From contig NC_057719.1 in NCBI RefSeq assembly GCF_004010195.1, forward strand, positions 56,183,297 to 56,239,970: 56,674 nucleotides of DNA, in the 5' to 3' direction. A program made the translations under genes and the position numbers. Under the pieces are notes generated by a model. That model was given only the letters and a program-made list of their open reading frames with translations, had not been told where the DNA came from and made no database searches. This stretch comes from Chiloscyllium plagiosum. Lineage: Eukaryota. Of the stretch, positions 25,002 through 35,576 are shown piece by piece; position 1 is the first letter of the stretch, and the number at the start of each line of letters is the position of its first letter.

Positions 25002-26930
25002 GCGCATGGCTGAGGAGCTGGTGTATGGAGGAGGGATTCACATTTTGGATCATTGGAATCTCTTTGGGGTAGAAGTGACCTGTACAAGAAGGACGGATTG
25101 CACCTAAATTGGAAGGGGACTAATATACTGGCAGGGAAATTTGCTAGAGCTGCTCGGGAGGATTTAAACTAGTAAGGTGGGGGAATACCCAGGGAGGTAG
25201 TGAGGAAAGAGATCAATCTGAGACTGGTACAGTTGAGAACAGAAGCGAGTCAAACAGTCAGGGCAGGCAGGGACAAGGTAGGATTAATAAATTAAACTGC
25301 ATTTATTTCAATACAAGGGGCCTAACAGGGAAGGCAGATGAACTCAGGGCATGGTTTAGAACATGGGACTGGGATATCCTAACAATTACAGAAACATGGC
25401 TCAGGCATGGGCAGGACTGGCAGCTTAATGTTCCAGGATACAAATGCTACAGGAAGGATAGAAAGGGAAGCAAGAAAGGAGGGTGAGTGGCCTTTTTGAT
25501 TCGGGATAGCATTATAGCTGTGCTGAGGGAGGATATTCCCAAAAATACATCTAGGCAAGTTATTTGGGTGGAACAGAGAAATAAGAAAGGGATGATCACC
25601 TTATTGGGATTGTATTGTAGACCCCCCAATAGTCAGATGGAAATTGAGAAACAAATTTTATAAGGAGATCCCAGTTATCTGTAAGAATAATAGGGTGGTT
25701 ATGATAGGGGATTTTAACTTTCCAAACATAGACTGGGACTGCCATAGTGTTAAGGGTTTAGATGGAGAGGAATGTGTTAAGGGTGTACAAGAACATTTTC
25801 TGATTCAGTTTGTGGATGTACCTACTGGAGAAGGTGCAAAACTTGACCTACTCTTGGGAAATAAGGCAGGACAGGTGACTGAAGTGTGAGTGGGGGAGCA
25901 CTTTGGGGCCAGTTTTAAAATTAGTGATGGAAGAGTATAGACCAGATCTAAAAGTTGAAGTTCTAAATTGGAAGAAGGCCAATTTTGATGGTATTGGGCA
26001 AGAGCTTTCGAAAGCTGATTGGGGGCAGATGTTCGCAGGTAAAGGGGCGGTTGGAAAATAGGAAGCCTTCAGAAATGAGATAACAAGAATCCAGAGAAAG
26101 TATATTCCATTTAGGATGAAAGGAAAGCCTGGTAGGTATCTGGAATGCTGGATGAATAAAGAGATTGGTAAATAAAAGAAGGAAGCATATGATAGGTATA
26201 GACAGGATAGATTGAGCGAAGGAAATCAGGACGGCAAAAAGGGCACATGAAATAGCTTTAGCAAGTAGAATTAAGGAGAATCCAAAGGGTTTTCACAAAT
26301 ACATTAATGACAAAATCATAACTCGGGAGTGAATAGGGCCCCTCAAAGATCAGCAAGGTAGCCTTTGTTTGGATCCGCAGAAAATGGGGGAGATACTAAA
26401 CGAGTTTTTTGCTTCAGTATTTCCTGTGGAAACGGATATGGAAAATATAGAATGTCAGGAAATAAATGGTTACACGTTGAAAAATGTCCATATTACAGAG
26501 GAGGAAGTGCTGGATTTCTTGAAATGGGTAAAGGTGGATAAATCCCCAGGACCTGAACAGGTGTACCCTAGAACTCTGTGGGAAGCTCGAGAAGTGATTG
26601 CTGAGCTTCTTGCTGAGACATTTGTACTGTTGGTAGTCACAGGAGAGGTGCCAGAAGACTGTAGTTTGCCAAGTGTGATGTTTACGAAGGGTGGTACGGA
26701 AAGGCAGGGAACTATAGGCCAAAGAGCCTGACGTCGGTGGTGGTCAAGTTGTTGGAGGGAATCCTGAAGGACAGGATGTACATGCAGTTGGAAAGACAAG
26801 GACTGATTATGGATAACCAACATGGCTTTGTAGGGGAAAATCATATCTCACAATCTTAATTGAGTTTTTTGAACAAGTAACTAAGAGGATTGATGAGGGC
26901 AGAGCGGTAGATGTGATCTATATGGACTTT
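25002..26930 (+). mobile_element. CR1 family A: ORF1 C-terminus (SGNH esterase) plus ORF2 endonuclease and RT start, running into a gap
   Basis: 25044-25172 reads DHWNLFGGRSDLYKKDGLHLNWKGTNILAGKFARAAREDLN* (DxxH). It continues with GDFNFPNIDW (APE), LDLLLGN and VDKSPGP, with multiple stops and frameshifts. Confidence 0.92.
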
Positions 26931-27145
26931 NNNNNNNNNNNNNNNNNNNNNNNNNNNNNNNNNNNNNNNNNNNNNNNNNNNNNNNNNNNNNNNNNNNNNN
27001 NNNNNNNNNNNNNNNNNNNNNNNNNNNNNNNNNNNNNNNNNNNNNNNNNNNNNNNNNNNNNNNNNNNNNNNNNNNNNNNNNNNNNNNNNNNNNNNNNNNN
27101 NNNNNNNNNNNNNNNNNNNNNNNNNNNNNNNNNNNNNNNNNNNNN

Positions 27146-27811
27146 GTCTCCCCAATTTAGAGGAGGCCACATCGGGTGCAAAGGATGCCACAGATTCACC
27201 TGTACCTCCACACATATCATCTATTGCATCCTCTGTACCCGATGTGGCCTCCTCTATATTGGGGAGACAGGTCGCCTACTTGCGGAGCGTTTCAGAGAAC
27301 ACCTCTGGGACACCCGGACCAACCAACCCAACCACCCTGTAGCTCAACATTTCAATTCCCCCTCCGACTCCACCAAGGATATGCAGGTCTTTGGACTCCT
27401 CCATCGTCAGACCACAGTGAAACGATGGTTGGAGGAAGAACGCCTCATCTTCCGGCTAGGGACCCTCCAACCACAAGGGATGAACTCGGATTTCACCAGT
27501 TTCCTCATTTCCCCTCCCCCCAGCCTGTCTCAGTCAAATCCATCAAATTCAGCACCGCCTTCCTAACCTGCAATCTTCTTCCCGACCTCTCCGCCCCCAC
27601 CCCAGTCTGACCTATCACCCTCACCTTGACCTCTTTCCACCTATCACATTTCCGACGCCCCTCCCCTAAGTCCCTCCTCCCTACCTTTTATCTTAGCCTG
27701 CTGGACAAACTTTCCTCATTCCTGAAGAAGGGCTTATGCCCGAAACGTCGATTCTCCTGTTCCCTGGATGCTGCCTGACCTGCTGCGCTTTTCCAGCAAC
27801 ACATTTTCAGC
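27146..27811 (+). mobile_element. Penelope-like element 3' end: GIY-YIG endonuclease, pyrimidine-rich UTR and P1 terminal repeat
   Basis: Frame open to 27566: FTCTSTHIIYCILCTRCGLLYIGETGRLLAERFREH...VAQHFN...EERLIFRLGTLQPQGMN. This has the IY..CxxC..YIGET, R..EH and G.N motifs of PLE endonucleases. Confidence 0.93.
27718..27753 (+). ncRNA. Minimal type-I hammerhead ribozyme motif in the Penelope terminal repeat (predicted)
   Basis: AUUC-CUGAAGA-A-GGGC(UUAU)GCCC-GAAA-C-GUC-GAUU: intact core, GUC triplet (cut after 27749) and a palindromic ACGU stem III. Confidence 0.72.
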
Positions 27812-27812
27812 A

Positions 27813-29484
27813 CCTCAAAGATCAGCAGGTCAGGCAGCATCCAAGGAGCAGGAGAATCGACGTTTCAGGCATGAGCCCTTCTGCCCGAAATGTCGATGCT
27901 CCTGCTCTTTGGATGCTGCCTGACCTGCTGCGCTTTTCCAGCAATACATTTTCAGCTCTGATCTCCAGCATTTGCAGTCCTCACTTTCTCCCCTCAAAGA
28001 TCAGCAAGGCGGCCTTTGTGTGGAGCCACAGAAAATGAGAGAGATACTAAATGAGTATTTTGCATCAGTATTTACTGTGGAAAAGGATATGGAAGATATA
28101 GACTGGAGGGAAATAGATGGTGACATCTTGCAAAATGTCCATGTTACAGAAGAGGAAATGCTGGACGTCTTGAAAAGGGGAAAGGTGAATAAAACCCCAG
28201 GATCCGACCAGGTGTACCCTAGAACGCTGTAAAGCTAGAGAAGTGATTGCTGGGCCTCTTGCTGAGATATTTGTATCATCAATAGTCACAGGTGAGGTGC
28301 CAGAAGACTGGAGGTTGGCTAACATGGTGCCACTGTTTAAGAAGGTGGTAAGGACAAGCCAGAGAACTATAGACCGGTGTGCCTGACGTCGGTAGTGGGC
28401 AATTGTTTGGAGGGAATCCTGAGGGCCAGGATGTATATGTATTTGTAAAGGCAAGGACTGATTAGGCATAGTCAACATGGCTTTGTGCATGGGAACTCAT
28501 GTCTCACAAAGTTGATTGAGTTTTTTCAGGAAGTGACAAAGAGGATTGATGGGGGCAGAGCAGTAGATGTGATTGATGTGAACTTCAGTAAGGCGTTCGA
28601 CAAGGTTTCCCTTGGGAGTTTGATTAGCAAGGTTAGATTTCACAGAATACAGGGAGTACTAGCCATTTGGATACAGAACTGGCTCAAAAGTAGAAGACAG
28701 AGGGTGGTGGTGGAGGGTTGTTTTTAAGACTGGAGGCCTGTAACCAGTGGAGTACCACAAGGGTCGGTGCTGGGTCCCCTACTTTTTTGTCATTTACATA
28801 AATGATTTCGATGCAACCTTAAGAGGTATAGTTAGTAAGTTTGCAGATGACACCAAAATTGGAGGTGTAGTGGACAGCAAAGAGGGCTACCTCAGATTAC
28901 AACAGGATCTGGACCAGATGGGCCAGTGGGCTGAGAAGTGGCAGATGGAGTTTAATTCAGATAAATGCGAGGTGCTGCATTTTGAGAAAGCAAACCTTAC
29001 TTACACACTTAATGGTTAGGTCCTAGATTTACAAGGATGTTGCCAGGGTTGGAGGAATTGAGCCATAGGGAGAGGCTGGCTGGGGCTGTTTTCCCTGGAG
29101 CGTCGGAGGCTGAGGGGTGACCTTATAAAGGTTTACAAAATTATGAGGGGCATGGATAGGGTAAATAGGCAAAGTCTTTTCCCTGGGGTTGGGGAGTCCA
29201 GAACTCAATGGCAAAGGTTTAGGGTGAGAGGGGAAAGATATAAAAGAGACCTAAGGGGCTCCTTTTTCACACAGAGGGTGGTATGTGATTGTCAGCTGCC
29301 AGAGGAAGTGGTGGAGACTGGTACAATTGCAACATTTAAGAGGCATTTGGACGGATGTATGAATAGGAAGGGTTTGGAGGGATATGGGCCGGGTGCTGGT
29401 AGGTGGGACTAGATTGGTTGGGATATCTGGTCGGCGTGGACAGATTGGACCGAAGGATCTGTTTCGTGCTGTACATCTCTATGA
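27813..29484 (+). mobile_element. CR1 family A, 5'-truncated, with a ~250-bp internal deletion near 29026
   Basis: SCLTKLIEFF, FSKAFDKV, SKFADDTKIGG (RT core) and the tail atctctatga. Confidence 0.92.
27828..27991 (+). mobile_element. 164-bp P1 fold-back element with 15-bp TSD, inserted in a CR1
   Basis: TSD CCTCAAAGATCAGCA at 27813-27827 and 27992-28006. The inverted arms meet at ...agcccttc|tgcccgaaa... Confidence 0.9.
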
Positions 29485-31154
29485 TAAAGGAGAAGACAGA
29501 AGATTGAATCCTTAAGTTACAAAAACATAAGTGTTAGGCAATTATTTTCCTAGGGGTTGACAGACATATGGAAAAACATGTTAACTTGTGCTAAATTTTG
29601 CCTCCGTGAATATCTATAGAAGTAAACTGAACTAGTTCCTAGTTGAGGTAGTAGTCACATTTTATAGAGATGGATGATTTGACAGGTAAAAACATATGAC
29701 CAATCTAGTTTTCTAGAATAGTTTTATTGCACACAATAATGAGAAAAATGTCCAGATCTTTCCATCCCAATTGCCTTGAATTATTTTCTTTTTGACACTC
29801 CCAGGGGTTGAGTTGTTCTCACAGCACCATGATCTATTGAATGTTATTTTTGTGCGAGCATTTTCACATGCTTGAATGTTTGCAAAGATCTTTGTTCACT
29901 ATAATGACGACTTTTAATCACACAATACAAGGATGTGGGTTGGTGCATGATATTTATACTAAAGTCATCAGCCTTTGACAGAATTGCAGTAAAATATTTA
30001 AGGTCTATTGGATTTTGTAACAAGACCAAGAACATTATTGCTCAATTGCTTAGGTCAGTTACATCCTTACAAAATAAGTATTGTACAGGGAAATATGTTG
30101 GTGGAAAGAGGGTGACTGATCATCTGGGAACAAGATTTTTCACAATAGGAAATGGAATTAACACAGCTACACTACATGGTCAGAATCTGAAACATGGCAA
30201 CAGGCGAAAATGTGATTCAAGAGGAGAATGCTTTTTGACAATTCTGATTGATCGTTCAATTCTAAAGTGAAATTAAAGTATTTTAGCTTCGACACGCTAC
30301 CTCTGGATTATAAGAAAACATATGAGACTGCCACAGTAGAATCACCAACAAGTGATTTAAGTGTTGCTAGAAATGAAACTATTTAGATTAAGGGTTTTTT
30401 TTTTGTTTATAATGCTTACTCCTTATGGACTGTTTGCCTATGGCAAAGATTCCCAAATTAGAATTTGAAACAAGCAAACTGATATGATGTGGTCTCAAGC
30501 TCTGAGGAAACTGCCTTGAGAATCTTTTTTCAAAGCTGCCTGAACTGCCACTGGAACGATAAAGGGCATACTCAGCCCATACAGTCACTGTGTCTATAAT
30601 AGCAATACCAGACACACCACAAATAACTGTCTGTACCTAATATTATGACCAAGGAAATGAGTGATTTTCAAATGTTCTACATCAATTAAAATACTGGGAT
30701 TATGTTTCTCTCACTGCCCACTTCCAATTTATCATTCTGTTCCCATCCAAAGGATCAAGGGAGCAATGCAGCAAGAAGGGAGGGGGTATAGATAAGAGTA
30801 GGGCAACTAGTGTGGGAACAAGTAGCTCGGTAGAAAGCAAGGTGCCAAACAGAGCACCAAATGGAATTAAGAGTGGCAAGGGACTCCTCAGGCAGCACCA
30901 TCCATGCACATAGGAGTCTACTTCTAATGCTAGGTACTTACCAAGGATGGGGTATTGACTTCCTGCTCCACTACAGTGACAGGAGAAACTGATTTTATTT
31001 TAAATTGTCAGGAAGGTATGGAGCATTGTACTTATTTTTTAATTGATTGATGTATTTTATTTTGCACATCATTTCTACTGGGAAGAATATTTTACCTCGT
31101 GCCTTACTTTGCTCAAGGTTGCCTGAAGGAAACTAACTTTGGATTTATCAATTA

Positions 31155-32115
31155 CAAGATAGAGTACAGGAGAGAACGCCAAATCAGGCGAGAGATAGAC
31201 AGCTTAGTGGCATGATGTAAAGACAATCTTTCCCTTAATGTCTGCAAAACGAAGGAACACATGATCAACCTCAGGAAGTGGAGTGGAGAACATGCCCCTG
31301 TCAGTATCGATGATGCTGAGGTGGAGATCTTCGAGAGTTTCAAGTTCCTAGGCGTAAATATCACAAACAATCTATCCTAGTCCATCTACATTGACGCTAC
31401 AGTCAACAATGCACACCAACACCTCAACTTCCTCAGATGGCTAAGGAAATTTAGCATGTCCACAATGACTCTTACCAACTTTTATAGGTGCGCCATAGAA
31501 AGCATCCTATCCAGGTACGTCACAGCTTGGTCTAGCAACTATGCCCAAGAGTGCAAGAAAATGGAGTTGTGAACACAGATCAGTCTATCATGAAAACCAG
31601 TCTTCTTTCCACTTACTTCATCTATACTGCCCACTAACTCGGGAAAGCAGCCAACAAAATCACTTACAAAAACAGAAGTTGCAGGAAATGCTCAGCAGGT
31701 CTAGCAGCATCTGTGAACAGAACCAGAGTTAATGTTCTGAGGGTCACCAGACCTGAAACATTAACTCAGTAGTTTCTATTCACAGAGCTAAACTAGCAAT
31801 GTCTATTTTTGTTTCTTTCAGTTTTTATTTAACAAAAATCAGTTATACCATCTTCCACCTTCTTCCATCCAGCAGAAGATACATAAATTTCAACACATAC
31901 CAACAGAACCGGCTGTTATCAGACTTGTGAATGGTCTTTTCATATATTAGAGTATATCATTATCTGCACCTTCTCTTCAGCTGTAACACTATATTCTGCA
32001 TCCTATTCTATTATCCTGATCTATTTGTGTAAGGTATGATTTGTCTGATTCGCACACAAAACACTACTTTTTCACTGAATCCTGGTAAATATGACAATAA
32101 TAATGCAAAACCAAA
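31155..32115 (+). mobile_element. Rex1/Babar-clade LINE 3' portion, interrupted at ~31665-31820
   Basis: Decayed frame ...LSLNVCKTKE...EVEIFESFKFLGVNITNNLS*...LNFLRWLRKF...TLTNFYRCAIESILSRYVTAW, typical of the Rex1/Babar RT C-terminus. Confidence 0.8.
31665..31820. mobile_element. Degenerate fold-back element of a third Penelope-terminus family (P3)
   Basis: aaaaacagaagttgcaggaaatgctcagcaggtctagcagcatctgtg...gagttaatgtt / gaaacattaactc, with a hammerhead remnant CTGA-GGGTC(acca)GACCT-GAAAC. Related pieces lie at ~15915-15970, 33480-33600 and 41530-41620. Confidence 0.6.
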
Positions 32116-32459
32116 ATATTGATTCCAATGGGAATCTAAAATTAATTTAAGAACTTTGTTTGTTTTTAAAGAAACACAATTTTGAGAGCACATATTGTTT
32201 TATTTCCAGCACCAGGAGAGTCAAACTGAGCACAACAACAAGGACTATCCAGAGTCTCAATGAACTGGAGCAAACAGAACTCAAAAACTGAAATTGCAAA
32301 GAAAAACTATTGTCCACCAAAATGCAGGACATCGATGATAGCTGCATAATATATAACATGTGGATAAAATCCTGGCCCATCGTTTACAACAGTCTAACCT
32401 ACTAATCTCATTGTACCCACGTTTCCTTACCAACCTTTCTACACAATACCTCTGCACCT

Positions 32460-33000
32460 TCACTGCGCAATTGCGTTACCTCGCCCTTATCATTCGCCAT
32501 CACTGCGCAGTCGCAATATCGCCCCGTCATCAGCCACCAGCATTGCGCAATCGCATTACCATCCCTTTAGTCCCGCCGTCACTGCGCAGTTGTATTACCA
32601 TCCGTCGTTACTGCGCAGTCGCGTTACCCATCCCGTTACCGTCCGCCGTCACTACGCAGTCGCATTGCCATCCCGTTAGACCCGCCGTCATTGTGCAGTT
32701 GTTACCGTCTGTCATTACTGCGCAGTCGCGTTACCCGTCCTTTTACCGTCCGCCGTCACCACGCAGTCGCGTTACCCACCCCGTCACCGCGCATGGGACA
32801 GCATGCAGTACGTTCTGGTTAATATCGCGCACAGCAGTTGCATAAAACGAGTACAGGCGACGGTTTTTAACATGGAGTGGATTGATGCTTCTACTTCTGG
32901 GTGGAGTATTGATAGAGGGGAGCTGTTAAAGAGCTGGACGGGGCGGGCAAAGGGGGAGGTGGCGATTGGCTACCAGTGGCCATGTGACTTTGGGAGGTGA
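32460..33000 (+). promoter_or_regulatory. CpG-rich promoter region of GEMIN2
   Basis: The only strongly CpG-dense tract in the window (32460-32870), a GC box GGGGCGGG at ~32940 and an inverted CCAAT (ATTGG) at 32965. It lies just upstream of a consensus donor at 33015. Confidence 0.75.
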
Positions 33001-33014
33001 TGACCCTGTGCTCG
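32975..33014 (+). other. GEMIN2: Probable first (5' leader) exon of GEMIN2; start approximate
   Basis: Consensus donor TCG|GTGAGT (33015-33020) directly after the promoter motifs. The ATG-bearing exon at 35.4 kb is preceded by an acceptor, so an upstream exon is required. Confidence 0.55.
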
Positions 33015-33679
33015 GTGAGTATGTGCAGGTTGAGGGAGGAAAGAGGAGAGCAGGGTTTGAGCCTAATACTGAGACTACAGCATGTTTTTTGTGAATAGTA
33101 GAAATTACATATTATTCTTCATGTTGTGGCTTTCCTTGAACTTGTGTTTCCATTTCCGGTGATGGAAAATTTAACTGAAATCCAGCTGCATCTGTAGTAA
33201 TGTCATAAACTGTTAGTTTTGGAAAGGAGCCTTAATTATTTAACCACAGCCATTTGTAAACATTTTTGCAAATATTATATTCCATGTTCTTTAATGAAAA
33301 TAATCTCTATTATTGTTTGTTACTTGATTTTTTTTCCAATCTTTGATCTGACTAACTGCTTTTCAGTTTCACTGATGTCTAGCCTGTCAACTAAAGAGGA
33401 AAGGCTTTGTCTTTGTGATGTAACTTAGCACAGTTTGTCCTTACGCAACTTGTAAAGATTATTTCAACTGAAAATAAAATCAAAATAGTGCAGATGATGG
33501 AAATCTGAAACAAAACCAGTTATGAAAAAAATTTGACTTGTAAACATTAACTGTTACTCTCTCCACAGATGCTACAAGACCTGCTGAGCTTCTCCAGTTT
33601 TTTTTTTCTTCTTTCGTATTGAATTCATTTAAGTGGCCAATGTAGTACCAAATTGGCACGTAGCATCCAAAATTTGGAA

Positions 33680-34795
33680 ACAAAAACAAATCAATGGAAA
33701 AGCTCAGTGGGTTTGCCAGCATCTGTGGAGATAAATCAGTTTTTTTTTAGTCCAGTGACCCTTCTTCAGAACTGGTTGTAGCGAGGAAAAGATTTATTTT
33801 TATGCAGAATATAGGGTGGGAGAGGAAATAAGGAGTAAATGATAGGTGGCATGATGGCTCATTAGTTAACAGTGCTGCCTCATAGTGCCAAAGACCCAGA
33901 TTCGACCCAACTCCTGGCAACTGTATAAGAACTTGTGCATTTTCCCTCTATCTGCATAAGTTTCCTCTGAGTGTTCTGGTTTCCTGCCCAGCCCAAAGGT
34001 ATGCAGGTTGGGTAGATTGGGCGATTTGGCATGGTCAGAGTGTCCAAGGATGTGCAGGTTAGGTGGGTTAGCCATGGGAAATGCAGGGTTACAGGGATAG
34101 GGTAAGGGAATGAGTCTGGGTGGGGTGCTTTTGGAGGGTTGGTGTGAACTATGGTCAGCTGCCACACTGTAAGGATTCTGTGAGAAGTAGAGAGAGCAAA
34201 GAGCGAGAAGAATGGTTGGACAATCAAAGGAGTGGATACTGTTCAGTGCAGGAGAATGAATAACTGCTAATAGGAACTATTAGTGGCTAACAGTGGGTTG
34301 TGTAATCGCAGACATGTGATAACAAAGACTGGTGTATGGGGTTAGGATAAGGACGTGGGAGAAGGTGCCTCAAGCCCTAAAATTGAACTCTATATTGATT
34401 TGAGAGGCTGGACGAGTTGCCAAGTGGAAAATAAAATGCTGTTCTTCTAGCTTGCACTGAGCTCCGCAAGCCTGAGACAGATGTTGGCCAGAGAACAAGG
34501 TGGTGTGTTGAAGTGGTAGGCAACTGGAATCTGAGTTTTTTTTGCAAACAGAATGTAAGTGTTCTGCAAACCAGTCACCCAGACTACACTTCATTTCCCC
34601 AATGTAGAGGAGACCACATTGTGAGCAGTGAATACAGTGGACTAGATTGAGTGAAATGCAGCTAAACGCTGCTTCCCCTGGAAGGTGTCTAGAACCTTGG
34701 ATACTGAAGAGGAAGGAATTAAATGAACCGGTATTACACCTGTGGCTGTCTGGAGGGAACGGTCCTTACAGAAGCCTGACAAGGGATGGGAGGAA
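33680..34795 (-). mobile_element. Decayed Penelope-like element (GIY-YIG plus P3 terminal repeat), split by a SINE
   Basis: The - strand reads CIHCSQCGLLYIGEMKCSLGDWFAEHL...KLEEQHFIFHL. The terminal repeat near 33680-33775 contains CTGAAGAAGGGTCACTGGAC. Confidence 0.8.
33845..34182 (+). mobile_element. HE1-type V-SINE (older copy)
   Basis: ggtggcatgatggctcattagttaacagtgctgcctcatag...gtttcctctgagtgttctggtttcc...ccacactgtaaggattctgtg. Confidence 0.8.
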
Positions 34796-35457
34796 TATCT
34801 AAAATTTCAAGTTTACTTAACGCCATCTAACAAACAACACATCTACCTTTATCTACTTTTATACAGGAAGAACAGCATCCACTGAGACTTAGAATTTTTG
34901 TTTTGGTGTATTAATTTCTGTTGATATGATCCCAGTTGCCCTGTGCATCATTGATACAAACAGCACTTTGAGAATTTCACTGATTCTCAAAATCAAAATA
35001 CTTAAACCGTACTTTTAAACCAGTTTCTGTTTGAGGTGTTGGATCCATTTCTTCCTGTGAAATAGTATAAGTACTTTCAGTACTATTTGGTCATAAATCA
35101 GTTATGAAACCAGAATAGTGCTTTTAATGGATACTTATCCAAACGTGAAAAATATGTAATACTGCAGAACAGTGTGTTAAGTATCTGAATATTCACACAT
35201 CAAAATCGCTAATTGCAATGTGTATTTTACAATAGTGGACTTTTCAAATGCGAACTGATATAAAAACTTATGATCAGAAACTGAAGTGTTTTCTTAAAAT
35301 ATATCTGCAAGGTGTGATGATGCTTCCTTGTCTTTCTGTTCTGAAGTTCTGAACTCTTGTTCCAATGTTTGATTTTCGTAGATAGTGAATTTTATCACTC
35401 TGGTGAATTAGATGTAAGTCTAACATATTTTCTAGTGTAGAGAAAAGCGTGACAGCA

Positions 35458-35576
35458 ATGAATTTTGAAGAAGATTTGATGCCCAGGCAATTGCCTGTGG
35501 ATGACTGGGATACTATTGAAGACTTTGATCCTAGCGTGCCACCCAGAACACCCCAAGAGTACTTGAAAAGAGTTCA
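35458..35576 (+). CDS. GEMIN2: Gem-associated protein 2 (SMN complex), coding exon 1
   Basis: [40 protein letters not shown] matches the recalled vertebrate Gemin2 motif LMPR.LPV...[17 protein letters not shown]. Donor GTAAGT at 35577 (phase 2); upstream acceptors at 35435 and 35440. Confidence 0.95.

Noticed and set aside
29015..29040. ~250-bp loss in the CR1 as a spliced-out intron
   Set aside because: The missing segment (compare 43554-43806) does not start with GT. It fits an AG micro-homology deletion.
1..32400. SEC23A, which from memory lies head-to-head with GEMIN2 in human
   Set aside because: I looked by eye for its first coding exon (ERDGVRFSWNVWP) on the - strand and did not find it. 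A tBLASTn would be needed to exclude it formally.
32360..32845. 161-aa ORF over the CpG island
   Set aside because: It is a by-product of a GC-rich tandem repeat, with a repetitive peptide and no recognisable domain.
35382..35413. Micro-exon (cgtag|...|gtaagt) just upstream of the GEMIN2 ATG exon
   Set aside because: The following intron would be only 22-27 nt, too short to splice. At most, 35381 is an alternative acceptor.
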